Assembly (NCBI GenBank): GCA_964397485.1
Contig: CAYNHT010000004.1
Location: forward strand, 7,825-71,824
DNA length: 64,000 nucleotides
Reading direction: 5' to 3'
From: an uncultured Muribaculaceae bacterium
Lineage (GTDB): Bacteria; Bacillota_I; Bacilli_A; RF39; UBA660
Part shown: positions 1 through 10,844 of the stretch, piece by piece
Layout of the letters: every line of letters begins with the position of its first letter
Position numbering within the stretch: the first letter of the stretch is position 1
Made by a program: the position numbers and the translations under genes
The notes under the pieces: generated by a model
Seen by the model: the letters and a program-made list of their open reading frames with translations, nothing else
Databases searched by the model: none
What the model was told of the DNA's origin: nothing

Positions 1-1663
1 CCTTTGTCGGTTCATTATTAATTCCAAAATCAGAGGTTAAATCTATAATTCGCCATTTTCTTGTTTGGATAGTAATTCCCGGATTAGCATTGTATAATAT
101 TACTGAATTAACTGTATTGGTCGGAATATATATATTAGCTAAAGTTTCAAATAAATCGCTTCCTGTATGGGTTGCCCAAGAACCTGTTGCGGATTCAGTC
201 GTTAAATATGTTCCAGACACTGGTGATTTAACTTCAGCTACAGTGTAATACTTGTTTCCAACTACAACAGGTTGAACATATTTTGATTTAGCATAATAAA
301 TTCCATACGATGTTGTAAAACTCTGAACATTATTAGATAAAATAGGATTGGTAGCTTGATATAAAGCAAAATTATCAGCTACCCCATTACCACTTGTATC
401 AGTAGAAAAATCACCATATGATCCTATTACATTAGTAGCAGTAACTCCTTTTATTTCTATATCAACTGATTTATAATAATTATTACTTGTATATATGTTA
501 GGTAAGATTTTATTATCTGAAATCGGATCAATCGTTACAATTACTGTTCTTGTTTTTGTTGTTGCTTCATTCCCGGCTAAATCAGAGACATTATAAGTCA
601 CCGTATATTCACCAGGATTATTTAAATCAAGATTACTTGTAACTTCTATTTCACTTGTTATATCACCTAACATATCATCAAGTGCGGTTACCCCATTATT
701 TGTATAAGCACTTCCAACTTTTACATTTACAGTTGTCGGATTAACAGTTATAACTGGCGGTGTTGTATCAATATTTGTTACTTCAAATAAAATTCCACTT
801 ATTTCATTTGTTCCATCCGTTATTCTTGCGATTACACTTCCATTATCGGTAAATGTTATTTCTTTAGTTGCTGATGGTGTTTCTACTAATAGCCACGTTA
901 TGGCTCCGTCTAAACTATACTCATATACATATCCAGCTTTTCTTTCTGGATAGTTAATTAGAACGATAGCACTTGTCGTCCACCCTGTAGGGTTTATACT
1001 ATAAGTAGGTATTTCTATATCAGTTGTTGTTATTGATAATTCCTCTGATACAGTCGATAATTCATTATTGTTATATACTCTTACTTTAAACGAATAACTT
1101 GTATCATTTGTAAGTCCTGTAAAATTATAAACATTGCTTATTTGCTTTGTTGTCCAAGTACTCCCGTTATCTTTACTAAATTGATATCCATTTATTCCGC
1201 TTTCTGAATCTTCAGCGGTAGCTACTATTGTTATTGAACTACTTGTTACTAGATTTGATGTTATTGATAATATTGGTGGGGTTGTGTCTAAAGCATCACA
1301 ACTTCCTTCTATTATTATAATTTCTTTATATGTTCCACCGGCACAATATTTTCCATTACTGACTTTATCTAATTCTAAAATTCCGTCTTCATTTTTTAGA
1401 ATTTTCCCACTCGTAAAATTCTTATTTTTAATTTGAATTCGATCATCTATTATATTTATTCCTTCTTCAGGAAATACATCAAATTCATTTGATGCTATAA
1501 ATAAATCTGCTGCACCAAAAACACTTCTTAAACTAGCTTCATATGAAGATTTTTGAAATTTACCTATTATCCCTAATACAAGAGGGATTGTTATTAATGC
1601 AACAATAGAAAGAATTACTATTACTGCAAGTAATTCAATTAATGTAAAACCTCTTTTTTTCAT
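1..1663 (-). CDS. Giant prepilin-signal protein, array A paralog 3; N-terminus and ~550 aa present, C-terminus lies beyond the window start. My own translation of the minus strand gives MKKRGFTLIELLAVIVILSIVALITIPLVLGIIGKFQKSSYEASLRSVF..., then FN3-like segments that align almost identically with the two upstream paralogs.
   Basis: Start is ATG at 1661-1663 (minus) preceded by AGGAGG. Class III signal peptide motif KRG|FTLIE. Absent from the ORF track because no stop occurs inside the window. Only a 29-nt gap to the upstream gene, so probably co-transcribed. Confidence 0.75.
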   Translation of the reverse strand, partial: MKKRGFTLIELLAVIVILSIVALITIPLVLGIIGKFQKSSYEASLRSVFGAADLFIASNEFDVFPEEGINIIDDRIQIKNKNFTSGKILKNEDGILELDKVSNGKYCAGGTYKEIIIIEGSCDALDTTPPILSITSNLVTSSSITIVATAEDSESGINGYQFSKDNGSTWTTKQISNVYNFTGLTNDTSYSFKVRVYNNNELSTVSEELSITTTDIEIPTYSINPTGWTTSAIVLINYPERKAGYVYEYSLDGAITWLLVETPSATKEITFTDNGSVIARITDGTNEISGILFEVTNIDTTPPVITVNPTTVNVKVGSAYTNNGVTALDDMLGDITSEIEVTSNLDLNNPGEYTVTYNVSDLAGNEATTKTRTVIVTIDPISDNKILPNIYTSNNYYKSVDIEIKGVTATNVIGSYGDFSTDTSGNGVADNFALYQATNPILSNNVQSFTTSYGIYYAKSKYVQPVVVGNKYYTVAEVKSPVSGTYLTTESATGSWATHTGSDLFETLANIYIPTNTVNSVILYNANPGITIQTRKWRIIDLTSDFGINNEPTK

Positions 1664-1692
1664 GATTTCCTCCTACACTTGTGTAATAGTGA

Positions 1693-4080
1693 TTATTTTT
1701 GTGTCTCATATATAGCTTTAATTTCTCCGTCACTTAAGTTTCTATTAAACACTAAAGCTTCATCAATTATTCCATCATATACATAGTTATTCAAATATGA
1801 TGTAGACCATTGACCTACAAGAATTTTATTGTTTGTAAATTTTATAGGCTTAGTTACTAAATGTTCAGAATCTAAAGCACCATTTATGTATATTTTTATT
1901 TTGTTATTAGCGGAATCATATACCATTGCTACATGACTCCAAACATTTAATGGAATACTTTGATTACTAATCTTTGTAGAATATTCTCTTGTTTCATCAG
2001 TATAACCTATTGACAAGGATAATTTATTCCCAGTTAAGTTCAAACCCAAGTTAGAATTAATCGAATGATTATGAACAGAAATAATTCCTTTTAATCCGGA
2101 TAGAGTTGTAGGTTTTATCCATGCAGCAAAGGTTTGGCTACCGTTTAAAGTAATATTGTTGTTAGATAAAATATAATCATTTACTCCATCAAACGAATAT
2201 GCACCTGCTCCAACTTTACTATCTGTAATCCATCTAGGAGTATTTGAAAGTGACAAAGAAGCAATATAGTTATTGTTAGAATAATCTTGTACTGTTCCAG
2301 TTCTAGTGTTAGCTGTAAATGGTGTATCATATGGTTTTAATTCAATTTGTGGTTGTGTCATATAAATATATGACCCAGCTGGATTAGCTCCATTTGCATA
2401 GCAAAATATTCTTAAATTATATCCGCTAGTTACATTATCATCATTATGAGTTTTTAGCACTACTTCTCTTTTTACCCATGTTCCTTTTGGGGTAGTATTA
2501 TTCCAATCTTTATTAGTATAGTTAACTTCAGAATAATGATGGCAACTTCCACCAAGACAAGCTCCATCAGGTAAAGCATGACGGTGTATTTCCCAATTTG
2601 ATGTCAAAGTAACATCATTAGGAATATAAATCCACATACTCATTGTAGCAACCGTATTGGCAGGAACTCTTATTGATGTTGTAGCTGCTATACCACCTGT
2701 TCCATCTGGATTAGCCATCAACTTAATTACCGGTTTATTATTAAATTTAATTTCATCAGTTATTTCATACGTTACTGTACTATATGGAGACCACCCTGAT
2801 AATGAAAAACTTTCAAAAGTAGTATCAATTACGTTTGATAATAAATTTTCAGTTGGTTCTTGAAAATCATCAAATTTATAATATGCTGATGAGGTTGCTA
2901 AATTCAAATTATTCATTTTTATTACGTCACTTGTTTTTACTGATTCATTACCAATATCATCTATTGCTTTGATATGTAAATAATATTCTCCAGTGACACC
3001 ACTTTGTGTAATAGTATTACCAGTATAAGCCGTCCATCCACTACTTGGGGTTTCGTTTGAGGTATTAAAAACATAGTATTTTTTAGCTTGAGAAAAATTC
3101 GGTTCTACTATATTAATAGTCATTGTATGACTTGTATTATAATTGTTATTATCTAATGTTATTGTTATAACTGGTGCAGTTGTATCTACATTCATTACTG
3201 AATATGTAGCACCACTAACTATATTGGTACCATCCTTTATTCTGGCGATTACATTTCCATTTTCTTCAAATAAGAGGTCTTTTGATGTCAGAGGTTGTTC
3301 AACTTCCTCCCAAGTTAAAGCGTTATCTAAACTATATTCATATACATATCCTGTTTGTCTTTCAGGATAATTAATAGTTACAACAGCACTAAGAGTTGGA
3401 GTTGATGGATTTATACTGTAAGTTGGAATTGGTATATCATTTGTTGTTACGACTAACTCTTCTGATATTGTTGACAATTCATTATTGTTATAAACTCTAA
3501 CTTTAAATGTATAACTTGTATCATTTGTAAGCCCAGTAAAATTATAAACATTACTTATTTGTTTTACTGTCCAAGTACTCCCGTTATCTTTACTAAACTG
3601 ATATCCATTTATTCCGCTTTCCAAATCTTCGGCATTAGCTACTATTGTTATTGAACTACTTGTTACTAAATTAGATGTAATAGATATTGTGGGAGGCGTT
3701 GTATCTAAAAGATCACAACTTCCTTCTATTACTATAATGTCCTCCATTGTACCACCAGCACAATATTTTCCATTACTCACTTTATCTAATTCTAATATTC
3801 CATCTTCATTTTTTATTATTTTTCCGCTTGTAAAGTTTTTATTTTTTATTTGGATTTTATCATCCATTACATTTATTCCCTCATCCGGAAATATTATAAA
3901 CTCATTACTAGCAATATATAAATCAGCAGCTGCAAAAACACTTCTCATGCTTGCTTCATAAGATGACTTTTGAACTTTACCTATTATTCCTAGTACTAAG
4001 GGTACTGATATTAGTGCAACTAACGCTAGTATAACGATTACCGCTAATAATTCGATTAATGTGAAACCACTTTTCTTCAT
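1693..4080 (-). CDS. Giant prepilin-signal protein, array A paralog 2 (795 aa): class III signal peptide + FN3-like domains + C-terminal LamG/concanavalin-A-like domain.
   Basis: N-terminus MKKSGFTLIELLAVIVILALVAL. Segments TTPPTISITSNLVTSSSITIVANAEDLESGINGYQFSKDNGSTWT are FN3-like. C-terminal YSFDGVNDYI...FAAWIKP...WSHVAMVYDSANNKIKIYINGAL is a LamG-type signature. GGAG-type RBS upstream. Confidence 0.8.
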   Translation of the reverse strand: MKKSGFTLIELLAVIVILALVALISVPLVLGIIGKVQKSSYEASMRSVFAAADLYIASNEFIIFPDEGINVMDDKIQIKNKNFTSGKIIKNEDGILELDKVSNGKYCAGGTMEDIIVIEGSCDLLDTTPPTISITSNLVTSSSITIVANAEDLESGINGYQFSKDNGSTWTVKQISNVYNFTGLTNDTSYTFKVRVYNNNELSTISEELVVTTNDIPIPTYSINPSTPTLSAVVTINYPERQTGYVYEYSLDNALTWEEVEQPLTSKDLLFEENGNVIARIKDGTNIVSGATYSVMNVDTTAPVITITLDNNNYNTSHTMTINIVEPNFSQAKKYYVFNTSNETPSSGWTAYTGNTITQSGVTGEYYLHIKAIDDIGNESVKTSDVIKMNNLNLATSSAYYKFDDFQEPTENLLSNVIDTTFESFSLSGWSPYSTVTYEITDEIKFNNKPVIKLMANPDGTGGIAATTSIRVPANTVATMSMWIYIPNDVTLTSNWEIHRHALPDGACLGGSCHHYSEVNYTNKDWNNTTPKGTWVKREVVLKTHNDDNVTSGYNLRIFCYANGANPAGSYIYMTQPQIELKPYDTPFTANTRTGTVQDYSNNNYIASLSLSNTPRWITDSKVGAGAYSFDGVNDYILSNNNITLNGSQTFAAWIKPTTLSGLKGIISVHNHSINSNLGLNLTGNKLSLSIGYTDETREYSTKISNQSIPLNVWSHVAMVYDSANNKIKIYINGALDSEHLVTKPIKFTNNKILVGQWSTSYLNNYVYDGIIDEALVFNRNLSDGEIKAIYETQK

Positions 4081-4118
4081 AGTCTTACTCCTTTAATATA
4101 GTCTCTATCTTCATGTAC

Positions 4119-4147
4119 ATTATAATATATTTCTACCTTTTTAGCAA
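4119..4147 (-). promoter_or_regulatory. Sigma-A-like promoter for array A paralog 2 (TTGCTA-17 nt-TATAAT), ~35 nt upstream of the ATG.
   Basis: On the minus strand, -35 TTGCTA (plus 4142-4147), 17-nt spacer, -10 TATAAT (plus 4119-4124). The same architecture recurs upstream of paralog 1. Confidence 0.45.
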
Positions 4148-4178
4148 GAAAAAAGAAAACTATTTATTTATAGTTTTC
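4148..4178 (-). terminator. Rho-independent terminator after array A paralog 1.
   Basis: Hairpin GAAAAC-TATTTATTTA-TAGTTTTC (4155-4178) followed on the minus strand by TTTTTTC. Confidence 0.5.
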
Positions 4179-4190
4179 TAAATGTTTCAC

Positions 4191-6479
4191 TTATTTTTTA
4201 TAGTTATATGTTGTCGTCCAAGAGTTAATACTATTAACTACTTTTCTTATTCTGCCATCTAAATAAAGTGGTAAATTTATTGTTGTAGTTTGATTGTGAT
4301 TTAAATTAACAGTATTTGTAGTACTTATATAAGGCTCATACGTTGTAGCCTCAGCTCCCTTTTCTAACTGAATCTGTGAAAAATATTTTATTGCAGAATC
4401 AGGAACTGATAAAGGTTGTGCCTGTATTGCTATTTGATTAAAATCTGCAGGGGTCGTAAACGTTAGTTTAGATATCCCAGATGAACCAGCTTCAATATGA
4501 TTTCCAAAGTAGTATTGTGTCCCATTATCAATATTTATTCTTATACGGTTTTGACCAGCTGATGAGGCTGTTGCATCTATAAAAGCCGATAAAGTATAAG
4601 TTGTATTTGGTTCTAATTCAACTAATGTTACAGTCGAAGGTGAATTAGTAACCGTTTTATTATTTATAACAGATAAATTTTTACCCTCACTTACGAATGT
4701 AACATTTGTATTTGCAGTATTATCAAAATATTTTGGAAAAATTGTATTGTAATCAAATAAATTTATATCATTGTCAACTCCAAAAATTTCCGTTGTATTG
4801 ATAAAAGTCATTCCATCAAAATACATTACATCATCTTCAACATTAGTGGTGCTATACTGTCTTCTTGGGTAAAATGAAACTGATGTTGGATTATTCACTG
4901 TAAAAGTTACAGATTGTTTTTGCCATATATTAGTCGTATTATTCATATTACTATCTATTGTATTTATAGAACCTGAATAAAAACTATTTGACGTACTATG
5001 AATGTTGGTATTTGGAAACAATGTGTAATAACTAATGTAATACTTATCAGTAGAATTAGGAATATTATATGCAAATCTCAAACCATGTCCGTTTAATGTT
5101 GTGTTAAATGTTACTTTTTGTGAATAATTACCACTTACCTTATAAAGGGAATTTAATTCACCATGTTTTCCATTATAAATATAAAAGTTATCAGCAATAC
5201 CATCTAAATCACTATCAATTTCAAAATCACCATAAGTTCCAAATAAATTAGTTGCAGTAACACCTTTAACTTCTATATCAACTGATTTATAATAATTATT
5301 ATTTGTATATACATTAGGAAAAATCGAATTAGATGCCAATAAGTTTAGAGTAACAATTACTGTTCTTGTTTTTGCCTCAGCAACATTTCCTGCTTGATCG
5401 CTCACATTATAAGTAATTGTATATTCACCAGGATTATTAATATCTAGATTACTTGTAATCACTATATCATCAGTGATATCACCTAACATATCATCAATAG
5501 CAATAACACCTATATCATTATAAACACTTCCTGCTGTTATATTAACAATAGTTGGAGTTACTGTTATTACTGGCGAAATTGTATCTATATTGGTAACTTC
5601 GTACGATGTTCCACTTACCTCGTTTGTACCATCTAATATTCTAGCTATAATATTACCATTTTCATTAAAAGTTACTTCTGTTGTTATTGAAGGTTCTTCT
5701 AATTCTTGCCAACTAATTGCACCATCTAAACTATATTCATATATATATCCTGTTTGTCTTTGTGGATAATTAATAGTAACAACAGCACTTTGTGTCCATC
5801 CTGATGGATCTATACTATAAGTTGGAATTGGTATGTCACTTGTTGTTACAACCAATTGTTCTGATACCGTTTTTAAATCATTATTGTTATAAACTCTAAC
5901 CTTGAATGTATAATCGGTATTATTGGTTAAGCCCGTAAAATTATAAACATTACTTATTTGTTTAGAAGTCCAAGTAATCCCGTTATCTTTACTGAATTGA
6001 TACCCATTTATTCCGCTTTCCAAATCTTCAGCTGTTGCTACAATAGTTATTGAACTACTTGTTACTAAATTAGAGGTAATAGATATTGTTGGTGGAGTTG
6101 TATCTAATTGATCACAGCTTCCTTCAACAATTAAAAGATTGTCAATTGTTCCACCAGCACAGTATTTTCCATTACTTACTTTATCTAATACTAATTGACC
6201 TTCTAAATCTTCAAATATTTTACCGCTAGTGAAATTCTTGTTTTTAATTTCTATCTCAGCATCCATTACATTTATTCCTTCTTCTGGAAAATCAATGAAA
6301 TTTTTACCAGCTATATATATATCTGTAGCTGTAAAAAGACTTCTCAAACTTTCCTTGTAAGCAGATTTTTCAACACTACTTATTATTCCTAATACAAGGG
6401 GAAATGTGATTAAAGCAACAATCGATAAAATTACAATTACAGCTAATAATTCTATTAATGTAAATCCCTTTTTTTTCAT
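4191..6479 (-). CDS. Giant prepilin-signal protein, array A paralog 1 (762 aa): same signal peptide and FN3-like N-terminal half as paralog 2, but an unrelated C-terminal half.
   Basis: N-terminus MKKKGFTLIELLAVIVILSIVAL. Roughly the first 300 aa are near-identical to paralog 2; the C-terminal ~400 aa are Asn/Thr/Tyr-rich and unrelated to the LamG paralog. RBS AAGGAGG upstream. Confidence 0.8.
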   Translation of the reverse strand: MKKKGFTLIELLAVIVILSIVALITFPLVLGIISSVEKSAYKESLRSLFTATDIYIAGKNFIDFPEEGINVMDAEIEIKNKNFTSGKIFEDLEGQLVLDKVSNGKYCAGGTIDNLLIVEGSCDQLDTTPPTISITSNLVTSSSITIVATAEDLESGINGYQFSKDNGITWTSKQISNVYNFTGLTNNTDYTFKVRVYNNNDLKTVSEQLVVTTSDIPIPTYSIDPSGWTQSAVVTINYPQRQTGYIYEYSLDGAISWQELEEPSITTEVTFNENGNIIARILDGTNEVSGTSYEVTNIDTISPVITVTPTIVNITAGSVYNDIGVIAIDDMLGDITDDIVITSNLDINNPGEYTITYNVSDQAGNVAEAKTRTVIVTLNLLASNSIFPNVYTNNNYYKSVDIEVKGVTATNLFGTYGDFEIDSDLDGIADNFYIYNGKHGELNSLYKVSGNYSQKVTFNTTLNGHGLRFAYNIPNSTDKYYISYYTLFPNTNIHSTSNSFYSGSINTIDSNMNNTTNIWQKQSVTFTVNNPTSVSFYPRRQYSTTNVEDDVMYFDGMTFINTTEIFGVDNDINLFDYNTIFPKYFDNTANTNVTFVSEGKNLSVINNKTVTNSPSTVTLVELEPNTTYTLSAFIDATASSAGQNRIRINIDNGTQYYFGNHIEAGSSGISKLTFTTPADFNQIAIQAQPLSVPDSAIKYFSQIQLEKGAEATTYEPYISTTNTVNLNHNQTTTINLPLYLDGRIRKVVNSINSWTTTYNYKK

Positions 6480-6513
6480 ACATCCTCCTTTATATATCCT
6501 TTGTCATATGTTA

Positions 6514-6542
6514 ATTATAATATATTTATAGTTAATTAGCAA
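6514..6542 (-). promoter_or_regulatory. Sigma-A-like promoter for array A paralog 1 (TTGCTA-17-TATAAT).
   Basis: -35 TTGCTA (plus 6537-6542), 17-nt spacer, -10 TATAAT (plus 6514-6519), then AAGGAGG RBS and ATG at 6479. Confidence 0.45.
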
Positions 6543-6550
6543 GAAATCCA

Positions 6551-6581
6551 ATAAAAAAAGAGGTAATTAATAAATCCTCTT
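6551..6581 (-). terminator. Rho-independent terminator downstream of pnp (hairpin also present on the plus strand).
   Basis: Stem AAGAGG (6558-6563) / CCTCTT (6576-6581) with a 12-nt loop, flanked by a T-run on the minus strand. Confidence 0.5.
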
Positions 6582-6588
6582 TTTGTTT

Positions 6589-8709
6589 TTATTTAATTGC
6601 TTCTTTTCGTGATAAATTAAGTCTTCCTCTTTTATCATATCCTAAAGATTTAACAATTATTTCATCTCCGACTTTAACAACATCACTAGGTTTTTCAACT
6701 CTTTCCTCAGCTAAGTGTGACACATGGACTAAACCATCACATCCCGGCCATAATTCAACAAAGCATCCAAAGTCTTCTACTTTAACAACTTTACCAGTAT
6801 ATATTTGTCCAGTTTCAACTTCACGGATTGTATCTTTAATTAACTCCATTGCTTTATCTATAATACTATAATCTGAATGGTATATAATTACTCTACCATC
6901 ATCTTCTATATCTATTTTGACAGCATCTTTATCATTTACATTAACAACGTTACTAGCTTCTTGAATAATTTTTGTAATCGTTTCTCCACCTCGACCAATA
7001 ACATCTTTAATTTTTTCAGGATTAATTTTAAATTGTCTTATTTTTGGAGCATATTTACTTAATTCTTTTCTAGGTTCACTAATAACTGATTCCATTAAAT
7101 CTAAAATTTGCATTCTTGCTTTTTTAGCTTGAGTTAACGCTTCTTCTAATATTTCTTTAGTTACACCTTTAATTTTGATATCCATTTGTAAAGCACAAAT
7201 ACCATTACGAGTACCAGCTACTTTAAAGTCCATATCACCCATATGATCTTCTAGTCCTTGAATATCTGTTAAAATTGTATACTTATCATCTTTAGTTATT
7301 AATCCCATTGCAATTCCAGCAACAGGAGCCTTTATTGGTACACCAGCAGCCATTAATGATAAACATCCTGAACATATACTTGCTTGACTACTTGATCCAT
7401 TACTTTCTAAAATTTCCGAAACAACACGAATTGTATATGGAAATTCTTCTTCACTAGGTATTACTTGCAATAAAGCTCTCTCACCTAGCGCGCCATGACC
7501 AACTTCACGACGTCCTGGTGAACCATACCTACCAGTTTCTCCAACACTAAATTGAGGAAAATTATAATGAAGCATAAATCTTTTTTCTTCTTCAATTCCT
7601 AAACCATCTAGTATTTGATGTTCACCAAGTGCTCCTAATGTAGTTACTGCTAAAGCTTGTGTTTGTCCTCTTGTAAACAATGCAGAACCGTGTGTTCTAG
7701 CAAGTAAATCGATAGAAGCAGATAACGGCCTAATCTCATCCATTGCTCTTCCATCAGGACGTATATGTTCTTCAGTAATTAATCTTCTAACTTCATAAGA
7801 TTCAATCTCATCAACTACCTTAGAAACTTGTTTTAATATATTAGTCAATTTTTCGTTGCCTTCATAAACGCTAGTAAAATGTTCAATCGCATCTTCCTTA
7901 ACTTTATCAATAGCCGCATATTTTTCTAATTTTTCTTTAATTTGAATTGCATGTATCATTTTATCGGTTGCAAATTCTTTTACAGCAGCTTCAACTTCAG
8001 GATCAATTGTGTCTAAGCTAACAACAATTTTTTCCTTTCCTATTTCTTTCATAATCTCTGTTTGGAATTCAACTAATTCTTTAATAGCATCGTGTCCAAA
8101 CATTATAGCATTAATCATATCTTCTTCAGATACTTCCTCACTTCCAGCCTCAACCATGTTAACAGCATCTTTAGTACCTGCAACAGTTAAGTTAATATCA
8201 CTTTCTTCTAATTGGTCAGCTGTTGGATTTATAACAAATTGTCCATTAACCCTTCCGACAATAACTCCAGCAACAGGGCCAGAAAATGGAATATCACTTA
8301 TTGATAAAGCTAATGAAGACCCAAATAAAGCAGTCATTTCAGGAGTGTTATCTTGATCAACACTCAAAACAGTATTAATAACTTGTACTTCGTTTCTAAA
8401 ACCTTCTTCAAATAAAGGTCTAATTGGTCTATCTATCAATCTTGATGTTAAAGTTGCATTTTCAGTAGGTCGTCCCTCCCTTTTAATAAATCCACCAGGA
8501 ATTTTACCAACTGAGTACAGTTTTTCTTGATATAAAACCATTAATGGAAAGAAATCAGCAGTAATCGCATTCTTACTCATTACAGCCGCAGTTAAAACAG
8601 CAGTATCACCATACCTAACTAATACCGATCCATTTGTTTGTTTTGCTAATTCACCAGTCTCAACTATAATTGTTCTTCCTCTAAAATCTAATTCGTAAAC
8701 TTTCTTCAT
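6589..8709 (-). CDS. pnp: Polyribonucleotide nucleotidyltransferase (PNPase), 706 aa.
   Basis: Full-length similarity to PNPase: two RNase PH-like cores, KH domain, and an S1 domain at the C-terminus ([15 protein letters not shown]). Confidence 0.95.
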   Translation of the reverse strand: MKKVYELDFRGRTIIVETGELAKQTNGSVLVRYGDTAVLTAAVMSKNAITADFFPLMVLYQEKLYSVGKIPGGFIKREGRPTENATLTSRLIDRPIRPLFEEGFRNEVQVINTVLSVDQDNTPEMTALFGSSLALSISDIPFSGPVAGVIVGRVNGQFVINPTADQLEESDINLTVAGTKDAVNMVEAGSEEVSEEDMINAIMFGHDAIKELVEFQTEIMKEIGKEKIVVSLDTIDPEVEAAVKEFATDKMIHAIQIKEKLEKYAAIDKVKEDAIEHFTSVYEGNEKLTNILKQVSKVVDEIESYEVRRLITEEHIRPDGRAMDEIRPLSASIDLLARTHGSALFTRGQTQALAVTTLGALGEHQILDGLGIEEEKRFMLHYNFPQFSVGETGRYGSPGRREVGHGALGERALLQVIPSEEEFPYTIRVVSEILESNGSSSQASICSGCLSLMAAGVPIKAPVAGIAMGLITKDDKYTILTDIQGLEDHMGDMDFKVAGTRNGICALQMDIKIKGVTKEILEEALTQAKKARMQILDLMESVISEPRKELSKYAPKIRQFKINPEKIKDVIGRGGETITKIIQEASNVVNVNDKDAVKIDIEDDGRVIIYHSDYSIIDKAMELIKDTIREVETGQIYTGKVVKVEDFGCFVELWPGCDGLVHVSHLAEERVEKPSDVVKVGDEIIVKSLGYDKRGRLNLSRKEAIK

Positions 8710-8775
8710 ATTTACCTCCCTTATTTTTGCAAAATAAAGACACTCGAAAAAGAGTGCCTACTATTTTATATTTAA

Positions 8776-9045
8776 TTATTTTCTTAAACCTAAACTTTTA
8801 ATAATTTCACGGTATCTAGTAACGTCTTTCTTTAATAAGTAATTAAGTAAACTACGTCTTTGACCTACTTTTTTAAGTAAACCTCTTCTAGAGTGGAAAT
8901 CATGTTTATGTTCTTTCAAATGTTCTGTTAAAGTACTGATTTCTTCTGTAAGAATAGCGATTTGAACTTCAGCAGATCCTGTGTCCTTTTCGTTTCTTGC
9001 ATACTTTTTAACAATACTCTCTTTAATTTCTTTTGATAAAGCCAT
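8776..9045 (-). CDS. rpsO: 30S ribosomal protein S15.
   Basis: 89 aa, MALSKE...[10 protein letters not shown]...LGLRK, a canonical S15 sequence. Confidence 0.95.
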   Translation of the reverse strand: MALSKEIKESIVKKYARNEKDTGSAEVQIAILTEEISTLTEHLKEHKHDFHSRRGLLKKVGQRRSLLNYLLKKDVTRYREIIKSLGLRK

Positions 9046-9197
9046 AAATATTCTCCTTTCAAATCATATTCACTTAGACCGAGACTAAATCGGAGACGTT
9101 TAATCCAAGAATAAGTACAATAATAATATACACCATATTGGTAAATTATGCAAGTATTTGGATACATATTTATCTTTTTATTTAACTATAATAGACT

Positions 9198-10067
9198 TTA
9201 TATAAACATTTTCCAAGGTTTTATCTTATTAGTATCTTTTTCGTATTCATGATAAAGAGCTAAAATGTTACCACTTTTATCAATAAATAACATTTCTTTA
9301 ACACCATAAACATTATTGAATATTTTGCCGTTTCTTATGTCGCTCTCTAACTTTTCATCAACTACTATTTGTTTAATATTAGGTATACAGGCACGTATAT
9401 CAATTAAGTGATAATTGTTATTAATAATATCATCTATTTTAAAACAATCATCTAAATTTATTATACCCTGCTTTGTTCTAATCAATTCAGACATTACACC
9501 AATTGTATTTAATTTTTGGGCAATGTCATTTATCAAACTTCTAATATATGTACCTTTACTTACTAAACATTTTATTTTAAAAATAGTCTTATCGTCTTTG
9601 TACTCAACATCATCAATTAGTTCTAACTTTTTTATATTAACTATTCTTTTAGGTAGTTCTACTTTTTCGTTATTACGTACATATTCATAAAGCTTTTTCC
9701 CATTTATTTTAACAGCTGAATATATGGGAACTTCTTGTTCATATTCTCCATTAAAAGAATCTATTACTTTTAATATATTCTCTTTTTTAATATTAGCTAC
9801 CTCTTCTTTTATAACTTTACCAGTTATATCTAAAGTATCAGTTAATAACCCCAAAGTAACTTCTGCAATGTATTCTTTATCTTTATTAGTTATGATATCA
9901 ACTAATTTAGTTGCTTTCCCAACACAGATTACTAAAACACCTGTAGCCATTGGATCAAGAGTTCCTGTATGTCCAACTTTTCTAGTTTTTAAATGTTTAC
10001 CAACAATGTTAACTACATCTCTACTAGTATATCCTTTTTCTTTATGTACCAATAATATTCCATCCAT
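9198..10067 (-). CDS. truB: tRNA pseudouridine(55) synthase TruB.
   Basis: GxLxVxKxxGxTSxDVV N-terminus and the catalytic HTGTLDPMATGVL motif. Confidence 0.92.
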   Translation of the reverse strand: MDGILLVHKEKGYTSRDVVNIVGKHLKTRKVGHTGTLDPMATGVLVICVGKATKLVDIITNKDKEYIAEVTLGLLTDTLDITGKVIKEEVANIKKENILKVIDSFNGEYEQEVPIYSAVKINGKKLYEYVRNNEKVELPKRIVNIKKLELIDDVEYKDDKTIFKIKCLVSKGTYIRSLINDIAQKLNTIGVMSELIRTKQGIINLDDCFKIDDIINNNYHLIDIRACIPNIKQIVVDEKLESDIRNGKIFNNVYGVKEMLFIDKSGNILALYHEYEKDTNKIKPWKMFI

Positions 10068-10132
10068 TTTATCACCTTACTTATTTTATTATAACCACTA
10101 TCTAATTAAAACGCAACAAAAAAGACACAAAA

Positions 10133-10831
10133 TTAATCGCGTCCTCTTGCCATTATTATAAGTCTTAATAAGTTTATAATAGTTGCGACTACACTTGCTA
10201 CATATGTCATTGCTGCAGCATCTAACATTCTTTTTGTTTGTGTAGATTCACTACTACTAATAATTCCTAACCCTATTAATTCTTTATTTGCTCTTTTTGA
10301 TGCATCAAATTCTACAGGTAGCGTTACTAGTTGAAAAACAAGTGCTGCTAAAATTATTAATATACCAAACATTAAATAGGTTGTTATTCCTGCAAATAAA
10401 GAGATAAACATAACAAAATAACCTATGTGAGTTACTATGTTAACAACGGGTGCTAACATACTACGAATGCTCATATAAATATATTTTTGTTTATGTTGAA
10501 TAGCATGCCCAACTTCATGAGCTGCTACTGCAACAGATGCAATAGAATCACCATGAAAAATTTCTTTTGATAGCCTAATTACCTTTCGGCTTGGATCATA
10601 ATGGTCTGTTAAATTACCTTTAGTTTCTACTACATGAATATTTTCAAGACCATTTTTATCTAATATAAGTCGAGCTACTTCAAAACCACTCATTCCTTTT
10701 GTTGTCTTTACTCTTTTGTATTTGTTGAAAGCACCATTAACCTTAGATTGTGCTACTAAAACAATAGCTAAACCAATTATAAATAAAGATATTGTAAACA
10801 CATTTTCATAACCTAATAACATTAAATCCAT
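10133..10831 (-). CDS. Membrane zinc metallopeptidase (YugP/Zn_peptidase_2-like).
   Basis: HEVGHAIQH HExxH motif plus several hydrophobic transmembrane segments; 232 aa. Confidence 0.7.
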   Translation of the reverse strand: MDLMLLGYENVFTISLFIIGLAIVLVAQSKVNGAFNKYKRVKTTKGMSGFEVARLILDKNGLENIHVVETKGNLTDHYDPSRKVIRLSKEIFHGDSIASVAVAAHEVGHAIQHKQKYIYMSIRSMLAPVVNIVTHIGYFVMFISLFAGITTYLMFGILIILAALVFQLVTLPVEFDASKRANKELIGLGIISSSESTQTKRMLDAAAMTYVASVVATIINLLRLIIMARGRD

Positions 10832-10844
10832 TATACCACCTCAA

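Noticed and set aside
2657-3961. Small ORFs antisense to the giant array A paralog 2 (2657..2863, 3143..3370, 3689..3961). Similar antisense ORFs occur inside pnp, truB, ppdK, fusA, tuf, rpoB, rpoC and the array B genes.
   Set aside because: They lie entirely within, and opposite to, long well-supported CDSs. Their composition is low-complexity and hydrophobic, typical of AT-rich antisense frames. None has an RBS.
8928-9167. 79-aa ORF overlapping rpsO.
   Set aside because: It overlaps the highly conserved S15 gene out of frame and extends into the AT-rich leader. It has no RBS and no homolog-like features.
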